Below are positions 14,278 to 20,000 of a DNA stretch of 20,000 nt, piece by piece; within the stretch, counting starts at the first letter, position 1; every line of letters starts with the position of its first letter. The notes beneath the pieces are model-generated. The model worked only from the letters and a program-made list of their open reading frames with translations. It was not told the DNA's origin and did not search any database. The DNA is taken from IMG/VR virus record IMGVR_UViG_3300044630_007810. The stretch is one strand, 5' to 3'. This stretch comes from an uncultured virus (IMG/VR IMGVR_UViG_3300044630_007810). Lineage: Duplodnaviria; Heunggongvirae; Uroviricota; Caudoviricetes. Position numbers and translations under genes: made by a program.

Positions 14278-14989
14278 ACCATGTATCTGTTTTTTCTCTA
14301 TATTCTTTAATTAAAATTCTAATATTGCTTATTGCGTAACTAAAATCACTCTCGTCCATAATAGTTTCAACAAGTTTAGTCTCTCTATCAATATTATCAA
14401 TAAGCTTTTGTTCAGCTGTAGGATATTTTTTACGATTCTCTCTGAACCGCTCTTCCATTTCTTTGCGTTGAGCGGCAACCCTTGCTTTACTTTCTGCAAG
14501 CTCTTCATCGGTTAATTTTTGCGGCTCTTCATGTTTAACTAATTCGATATCACCAATTAACTTACCATCTTTAAAGAGTGCAGAATATTCGATCCACCCA
14601 CGGACAAATCTCATCCATTCATCACTATTTCCAGCATGATTATCGAGTTCGTGATATTCTGGATGACTATAGCTTTCATAGAAGCAAATGTTTCCGCTAA
14701 AACATTCTTTCTCATACCACTCTGAATCAGTCACAAAGTGACCCATTGCAGCTATCTTTTCGCTAAATGGTGCGTCTTCAGCAACCTCTTTACCCTTTTC
14801 CCAATGACCTTCAACCTTCTTAAACCACAATTGACCATTACCATCAATCCTATAGGTTGACATTGCTTGGTTTGGTGTGTCTTTCGTTTGAAAGGCAATA
14901 TCACTTACTTTATCTCCCCATCGAGAGATAACTTCATCTGGCAACTCTGGTAGAGTTGTTCCTACTCTTACATAATCGAACATTCCCAT
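14261..14989 (-). CDS. Phage hypothetical protein (MGMFD N-terminus)
   Basis: 242 aa with MGMFDY, FQTKD and WIEY.A.F.DG motifs and a coiled-coil tail. Confidence 0.75.
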   Translation of the reverse strand: MGMFDYVRVGTTLPELPDEVISRWGDKVSDIAFQTKDTPNQAMSTYRIDGNGQLWFKKVEGHWEKGKEVAEDAPFSEKIAAMGHFVTDSEWYEKECFSGNICFYESYSHPEYHELDNHAGNSDEWMRFVRGWIEYSALFKDGKLIGDIELVKHEEPQKLTDEELAESKARVAAQRKEMEERFRENRKKYPTAEQKLIDNIDRETKLVETIMDESDFSYAISNIRILIKEYREKTDTWYERTK

Positions 14990-14990
14990 T

Positions 14991-15143
14991 TTATTTATTT
15001 GCTGCTAAAATTAATCCTAAATTTGCTACTGAATAACTCATCCACACAAGTGACCAAGCGTATTCTCCTTTAATAAGGTAGCTTATCCCCACAATTAAGT
15101 AAAGAATAAAAGCTAAAAAAACTACTATATCTTCAAAGTTCAT
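14991..15143 (-). CDS. 50-aa two-TM membrane protein (not in the ORF track)
   Basis: MNFEDIVVFLAFILYLIVGISYLIKGEYAWSLVWMSYSVANLGLILAANK*; ATGA overlap with the upstream gene and it fills the gap. Confidence 0.7.
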   Translation of the reverse strand: MNFEDIVVFLAFILYLIVGISYLIKGEYAWSLVWMSYSVANLGLILAANK

Positions 15144-15511
15144 TTTTTAATAATTTTAATTGGCATGAACATTGGATATTTTTTAATATACTGTCGAGCT
15201 TGAGCTTCCGAATAACAAAAGATGTCAACAACAATATTATTTCGCCCATGCTTTCTTGAAGCCAAACGAGATTTAACTGCGCTTCCTGTGTCATGAGCTA
15301 TAAAAGTTTTCCCCATTTGTGGGATAGAAATCTTTGATCCATAAGGAATAACTTTTGGATCAACTGCAATTGTTTTGCCAGAAACTGGTCTATTTCCAGT
15401 TGAGGTATTTGTACACCCCCAATAATAAGTGACTCTTGCGATATAATTATTTGCTAACAAGTTACTACAAATAATCAAATTAAGCATTATAAATATAATT
15501 ATGTATTTCAT
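15140..15511 (-). CDS. Exported 3D-domain (MltA/RlpA-like) protein
   Basis: Signal peptide; IAVDPKVIPYGS, AHDTGSAVK and VDIF supply the three Asp residues. Confidence 0.85.
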   Translation of the reverse strand: MKYIIIFIMLNLIICSNLLANNYIARVTYYWGCTNTSTGNRPVSGKTIAVDPKVIPYGSKISIPQMGKTFIAHDTGSAVKSRLASRKHGRNNIVVDIFCYSEAQARQYIKKYPMFMPIKIIKK

Positions 15512-15514
15512 TTT

Positions 15515-15829
15515 TTAATTTATTTTATTTACAATTTCAAAAAAATGATCAGCATTAAATGCTTTATCATCAATCCAAAAATCATAAGATGGTTTGTTCA
15601 TTCTTAACTCATGCCTTTTGACACCCCAATCATCTAATTGTTTTTTCGTTAAGTTACTCCAATCTTTTCCAGTATTCGCTCCACGAGCCGTCCAATAAAT
15701 GATTTCATGACCCTTGTCAAATAATTGATTTAAAAAATCTATTCTTTCTTGAACAGGTACAGCTTCTTCGTATTCCCCATATGTATTGTTGCAGATTGTT
15801 CCGTCAATATCTATTAAAAATTTATTCAA
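15515..15829 (-). CDS. Capless HAD-superfamily phosphatase
   Basis: DIDGTI, WTARG, KP..D..IDDKA. Confidence 0.85.
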   Translation of the reverse strand: MNKFLIDIDGTICNNTYGEYEEAVPVQERIDFLNQLFDKGHEIIYWTARGANTGKDWSNLTKKQLDDWGVKRHELRMNKPSYDFWIDDKAFNADHFFEIVNKIN

Positions 15830-16313
15830 TGAAAATTCCTCCTATTTTATTAATGATTTTACTTGTACTGATTCCATCAACCAAATTTATAAATTTAATT
15901 TCTCCATTAACTTCTTCAATACTTAGCCTTTCTTCTTGGTTAATTGACTTAATATCATAATCTGATGATTTATACCAAAAATTAGGGCGAATCATCTTAA
16001 TATAAGATGAAACGTTTTCTTCGTCAAATATGAAAACCATATCTACAGCTCTATGGCAAGCCACTACATAAGCTCTTTCATTTTGGTTTATTATTGGTCT
16101 ACTTTCACCTTTTATCTTTTTTATGCTTTTATCACTATTAACCCCAACAATTAAAAAACAATTTGATTGCGAATCTTTTTTTATGTCATTTAACGCTTTA
16201 GCATGACCAGCATGAAATAAGTCGAAACAACCGTTTGTAAATAAAACATTTTCATATGAGTCGAACCAATATTTTTTTAAGCCATCTAATGATATAATTT
16301 TTTCATGATTCAT
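15822..16313 (-). CDS. rfaE2: D-glycero-beta-D-manno-heptose-1-phosphate adenylyltransferase-like (HldE/RfaE domain II)
   Basis: FTNGCFDLFHAGH, VGVNSDKS..KG..RPI, GISTSKII. Confidence 0.85.
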   Translation of the reverse strand: MNHEKIISLDGLKKYWFDSYENVLFTNGCFDLFHAGHAKALNDIKKDSQSNCFLIVGVNSDKSIKKIKGESRPIINQNERAYVVACHRAVDMVFIFDEENVSSYIKMIRPNFWYKSSDYDIKSINQEERLSIEEVNGEIKFINLVDGISTSKIINKIGGIFIE

Positions 16314-17059
16314 ACAGAAACAACTCCTCTTTTACTAATAACAGTTTGACATGAATCTTGAGCAAAGTCAATAGCACTTTCTACGTTTTGGCCTAAAATA
16401 ATAGAATATGCGAATGCCGCTAAAAATGTATCACCAGCACCACACACATCTCTTACTTCTGATTTATTTTTTATTGGAAAATGTTTATCCTTAAAATAAC
16501 AACCATCACTAGCCGCAGTAACAATCATCTTATCAAATATTTCTTTTATATTTAAAAACCCATTTTCATTTGCTTCTTTATTATTAATTTTTATAAAATT
16601 AAAATATTTAGCCCATTCGTAATTATATTTTTTCTTTGTATCTATAAATGATAATTTTGCTTTGGAACTAATTTCAATAAGTTGAGATTCACTTAGTAAA
16701 CCTTTATTGTAATCCGAAATAATAACTGCATCGTAATCTTGAATATCGCAATCTAATTCATTGTCTTCAAAACTATAAATAAGTTCTTCATCAACTCTTA
16801 AAATCATTTGATTAGACTGTTCGTCAACATACCGAATTTTTTTATTAACTTGTTTGTTGGTCCAAAAATCAAAAATAATTTTATTATTATACTTTTTGTC
16901 TAATGACTTTAAGTTTTCTAGAACATTTGCCGCCATTCCCTTGGTTACTTTTTCATGAATTGGTAAAAAAATTGGAATAGGTGCTTCTGGGCAAATTCTT
17001 TCGCATTTACCATAAATAAATGTATCGAAACATGTTTCTCCTATAAGTAATACTTTCAT
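16310..17059 (-). CDS. rfaE1: Heptose-7-phosphate kinase-like PfkB protein (HldE/RfaE domain I)
   Basis: R.CPEAP.P, GMAANV, ISDYNKG, DVCGAGDTF. Confidence 0.85.
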   Translation of the reverse strand: MKVLLIGETCFDTFIYGKCERICPEAPIPIFLPIHEKVTKGMAANVLENLKSLDKKYNNKIIFDFWTNKQVNKKIRYVDEQSNQMILRVDEELIYSFEDNELDCDIQDYDAVIISDYNKGLLSESQLIEISSKAKLSFIDTKKKYNYEWAKYFNFIKINNKEANENGFLNIKEIFDKMIVTAASDGCYFKDKHFPIKNKSEVRDVCGAGDTFLAAFAYSIILGQNVESAIDFAQDSCQTVISKRGVVSV

Positions 17060-17424
17060 TTTTGAGAGTTGCCTTTTTCTACTCTGTAAGAATCTTCTTC
17101 GTGATGAGTTGTGCTTATTTCAAATATAATTGAATCTTCTTCTGCAATTAATTTATGAGGTATGCATGGTTTCAAATGAACTACATCGCCTGTTTGTAAT
17201 ATTTTTTCTTTTCTTTCTGCTGTTTTTAAATCAAAGAAAATCATTTTTAATTTTCCATTAGTTACAAACCAAGTCTCTTCTTTTGAGATATGGTAATGCA
17301 TTGAAAACTCCGAACCCTTATTGAATCTTAAAATTTTCCCACAATATTTGTCATTATTTACAATCCAGAGTTCATCACCCCATCCCTTTTGATGAAGTTC
17401 GGGTGTTAAAAATAAAGGTTCCAT
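17056..17424 (-). CDS. Cupin, sugar-isomerase-like
   Basis: KGWG.E, SMHYH..KEETW, PH...EIST..DSYR. Confidence 0.8.
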   Translation of the reverse strand: MEPLFLTPELHQKGWGDELWIVNNDKYCGKILRFNKGSEFSMHYHISKEETWFVTNGKLKMIFFDLKTAERKEKILQTGDVVHLKPCIPHKLIAEEDSIIFEISTTHHEEDSYRVEKGNSQK

Positions 17425-17464
17425 ACAAAATAATAAAATTTACCTTAATAACTTCAATTTTTTA

Positions 17465-17644
17465 TTAAAAATATTTAATTCCAAAATCACACTCATCGAT
17501 CAAATAATCAATTGCATCATGCACCTCATCATCAAAAAGTTTTTTCTTCGGCAGGAGAATGTCGTTTCCATCTGAAACAAAAACTTCAAATGATTCAAGA
17601 AAAACGATTGCTTCTTTTTTATTCTTAAAGCTCATATGATTCAT
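17465..17644 (-). CDS. Hypothetical protein (start uncertain: 17662, 17644 or 17635)
   Basis: Short acidic ORF in the operon. Confidence 0.5.
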   Translation of the reverse strand: MNHMSFKNKKEAIVFLESFEVFVSDGNDILLPKKKLFDDEVHDAIDYLIDECDFGIKYF

Positions 17645-17834
17645 TGTAATCTGGTTCTTCAAAAAGCTCCTTGATAGTTGTTTCGCTAAAAGATTGGTGA
17701 ATTAAAATTGTTTTAAATGTTTCAATCCAATCATTTATATCAGCACCTGGACAAAGTGTCAACTGAATAGTTTTATCTGGACGAAAACCACCTTCAATTG
17801 TTATTTTAATTGGTTCTTTTGGGGAGTGTATCAT
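17625..17834 (-). CDS. Hypothetical protein (start probably 17834)
   Basis: MIHSPKEP... begins 1 nt after the upstream stop. Confidence 0.55.
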   Translation of the reverse strand: MIHSPKEPIKITIEGGFRPDKTIQLTLCPGADINDWIETFKTILIHQSFSETTIKELFEEPDYNESYEL

Positions 17835-17835
17835 A

Positions 17836-18090
17836 TTAATAATCTTTTTTATATTTAAGGTTTTGAATTTCTGCCAAGTGATCAACAAGATTTGCCAATT
17901 CTTGATCATTGAGAATGGTCATATCAGTATAAGGTTTGCCCCGCAGAGTCAACCACGCTTGTTTAATTCTAAAGATAAAACCAATGGAAATATCATACTG
18001 AAAATGAGCGAATTCAGTTCCAAAATCTGGATCATGACTTACATAAAGCCCACCATGTCCGCAGTCACATTTAAAAAATTTACCATTCAT
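17836..18090 (-). CDS. Hypothetical protein with CxCxH motif
   Basis: 84 aa, FFKCDCGH. Confidence 0.65.
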   Translation of the reverse strand: MNGKFFKCDCGHGGLYVSHDPDFGTEFAHFQYDISIGFIFRIKQAWLTLRGKPYTDMTILNDQELANLVDHLAEIQNLKYKKDY

Positions 18091-18110
18091 ATATTTTTAT
18101 AATTTAATTT

Positions 18111-18203
18111 TTATTCATCATCATATTTATTAAAAAGAATAAGGGCAATAATTCCAAAAACAATCATTAAAACAGAATACAAAATAATATTTATTTCACT
18201 CAT
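18111..18203 (-). CDS. 30-aa single-TM peptide (not in the ORF track)
   Basis: MSEINIILYSVLMIVFGIIALILFNKYDDE* overlaps the upstream stop and fills the gap. Confidence 0.5.
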   Translation of the reverse strand: MSEINIILYSVLMIVFGIIALILFNKYDDE

Positions 18204-18393
18204 CATAATCGTATCCTAATTTATGAGTTTCTATCCAACGATAATTTCTTTTATCACCTACACGCTCAATAGTCATATGACCATTTTCATATGCTTTTCT
18301 TTCTGTATCATCAACGCCAGCATAAAAACCTGCCATCATACATAAGAAAGTATGAATAATCAATAGAATAATAATAATAGTATTTTTAATCAT
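18196..18393 (-). CDS. Small membrane-anchored hypothetical protein
   Basis: 65 aa with an N-terminal hydrophobic helix. Confidence 0.6.
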   Translation of the reverse strand: MIKNTIIIILLIIHTFLCMMAGFYAGVDDTERKAYENGHMTIERVGDKRNYRWIETHKLGYDYDE

Positions 18394-18688
18394 AATAAGA
18401 GTTCATAACTTCCAGCAAATCTCTTCTGTTTTTAACAGAAAATTCTTTATCGGCAATTTTTACCTGCATACCTCTTTCTCCCATATCATTGTCATAGATA
18501 TACCACATAATCCAACTTTCTGGATCAATGATAGCTACTGTATCTTCAAATGCTTTCCAAACTGTATTGTAAAATAAACCATTAATATCCATAAACCCCG
18601 CATCATGTGCTTTGTCCATTACTTTTTTTAAAGCAATATATGAATCTAAAATTTTATTTAGTTCTTCAATGGTGAGTTGTTTGTTCAT
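18386..18688 (-). CDS. Hypothetical protein (start probably 18688)
   Basis: MNKQLT... has an ATGA overlap with the upstream gene; WIMWYIYDNDMG motif. Confidence 0.65.
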   Translation of the reverse strand: MNKQLTIEELNKILDSYIALKKVMDKAHDAGFMDINGLFYNTVWKAFEDTVAIIDPESWIMWYIYDNDMGERGMQVKIADKEFSVKNRRDLLEVMNSYYD

Positions 18689-19353
18689 CTTATTTCTTTG
18701 ATTTCTAGTTCGTCTAATATTGTACTCACACATCCATCAAAGTCAACTGAAAAACAACAATGAAAATGCCCTGCGAAGTGGCGGCTCGCCCCGCATAGTT
18801 TTAAAAGTATATCATGTTCTTTGCGTTCTTGTACACACTCATCCCAAAGAGTAGCATCACGATCACACCAAGAACCAATACCCGATTTATCACACGGACC
18901 ATTCCACGATGGGGCGCTATGGGTGATGAGTACATCACAACGTTCAATCTTTGAATGATCTAAAACAAACTTTTCATCTTTCCAGTATGAGATACCTTCT
19001 GCTCGCATACGACGATCAATGCTAACTGCGCCACCAACAAAACCAAACTTTTTGTCGTTTAGCGTTAGATAAGTATAATCGGGCAATAGTTTAAAATTAC
19101 TCATGCTTACTCTTCCATCAAAATAAGATGGATCATCATGATTGCCACGAATGCCAATAAAGTCAATGCCCTTGCCACCAAAAAAGCTATTGATATAGTC
19201 AAACTGACGAGATTGTTGTTTGTCAAGTTTAAATCCAATACCCAAATCGCCCACACCAATCAGTGTGAAGTTACGAATCTCTGATGCTTTTATTTTCAAA
19301 AATAATTGATCCCATTTACCATGGATATCTCCTACTATGTAAATTGGTTTCAT
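18685..19353 (-). CDS. Calcineurin-like metallophosphoesterase
   Basis: GDIHG, GDLG, GNHD, THSAP, GHFH. Confidence 0.92.
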   Translation of the reverse strand: MKPIYIVGDIHGKWDQLFLKIKASEIRNFTLIGVGDLGIGFKLDKQQSRQFDYINSFFGGKGIDFIGIRGNHDDPSYFDGRVSMSNFKLLPDYTYLTLNDKKFGFVGGAVSIDRRMRAEGISYWKDEKFVLDHSKIERCDVLITHSAPSWNGPCDKSGIGSWCDRDATLWDECVQERKEHDILLKLCGASRHFAGHFHCCFSVDFDGCVSTILDELEIKEIR

Positions 19354-19757
19354 TCTTTTATATCACTTAAATATTCTGCGTAATAGACCCTATTATAATT
19401 ACGTTTTCTAGAGTTTTCTGTTTCTTGTGCAATTTTTAGTGGTTCAGTAATATACTCACGTACTCTAAAACTTCCAACATTATCATAGGTCCATAGCATA
19501 TTTTTTCCAATTGGATACATGTACGCTACTACCGCATGACCATAATCTTTTCCATCAATATTACTCTTATAACGATAAAGAAGAACCTCACTCCATTTTA
19601 CTTTTTTACCAAGTGATTCTTTAAATGTGATAGCAGTTGGCAAACATGAATTTGGCATTGATTGCATCGCTTTCCATTCTGGGTTTTGAGGGGTGCGTGT
19701 AAATATTTCGCATGAAGCTAATAAACAAGTGAAAGTAATTATTAATATTTTTTTCAT
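19350..19757 (-). CDS. Predicted lipoprotein with a possible Cys-His-Asp (papain/transglutaminase-like) triad; start probably 19757
   Basis: MKKILIITFTCLLASC lipobox; NSCLP, GHAVV, YDN. Confidence 0.6.
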   Translation of the reverse strand: MKKILIITFTCLLASCEIFTRTPQNPEWKAMQSMPNSCLPTAITFKESLGKKVKWSEVLLYRYKSNIDGKDYGHAVVAYMYPIGKNMLWTYDNVGSFRVREYITEPLKIAQETENSRKRNYNRVYYAEYLSDIKE

Positions 19758-19761
19758 AATT

Positions 19762-19998
19762 TTATATATCTTCTTTACACGGTTTATAACCTGCTTTCTG
19801 CGCTTCCTCATCACACAATGTAGTATACCACGATCCACGCTTGCATAGTTGTCCACGCTTTCCAGTATATTGACAAGTAAGTGAAGAAAGATGTTCGGCA
19901 TAACGAACCATACCTTTTACAACATCATTGCCACCATCATAATAGACACGTAGAGTGCCAAACTTTTCTTTGTATTGAGCTATCGTTACAGAAGGTGG
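19762..19998 (-). CDS. Phage hypothetical protein (QxKEKFGxLRxY family), 5'-truncated; not in the ORF track
   Basis: ...VTIAQYKEKFGTLRVYYDGGNDVVKGMVRYAEHLSSLTCQYTGKRG...WYTTLC...EDI*. Confidence 0.75.
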   Translation of the reverse strand, partial: PPSVTIAQYKEKFGTLRVYYDGGNDVVKGMVRYAEHLSSLTCQYTGKRGQLCKRGSWYTTLCDEEAQKAGYKPCKEDI

Positions 19999-20000
19999 AG

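Noticed and set aside
69..17909. Antisense or alternative-frame ORFs (69-260, 616-999, 1138-1353, 1405-1635, 3273-3542, 4619-4807, 5013-5549, 5579-6130, 8547-8750, 9142-9342, 11885-12214, 12856-13319, 14029-14268, and 17863-18102 just beyond)
   Set aside because: They shadow better-supported genes and have no recognisable motifs.
19758..19901. N-terminal extension of ORF 19350..19901
   Set aside because: It overlaps a better gene in another frame (19762..19998), and the signal peptide begins at 19757.
1..20000. Stop-codon reassignment
   Set aside because: Genes are intact and tightly packed in code 11, TAA, TAG and TGA all end genes, and no suppressor tRNA was seen.

Overview
AT-rich segment of a large tailed bacteriophage genome, read in the standard genetic code. 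From left to right: (i) two tail-fibre/adhesin-like genes with 15-aa SxxAGG repeats and two unknown genes; (ii) a lysis block (CHAP endolysin, holin-like and other membrane genes); (iii) a chimeric BspA-type LRR gene whose repeat block is unusually GC-rich; (iv) a ~5 kb minus-strand tRNA array with 12 recognisable tRNAs, interrupted by HNH genes and a structural-type gene; (v) two more HNH genes, thyX and a PD-(D/E)xK nuclease; (vi) a split HldE (ADP-heptose-type) sugar-nucleotide cassette; (vii) a metallophosphoesterase and small hypothetical genes. The most striking signals are non-coding. A 68-nt RNA at 6461-6528 (-) looks like the tRNA-like domain of tmRNA with no mRNA domain. Several self-closing structured RNAs, a non-canonical CAU tRNA-like element and tandem pseudoknots lie between the tRNAs at 10650-11330. 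A GTGTAA motif sits about 8-10 nt before several start codons. All calls were made by eye and no searches were run.
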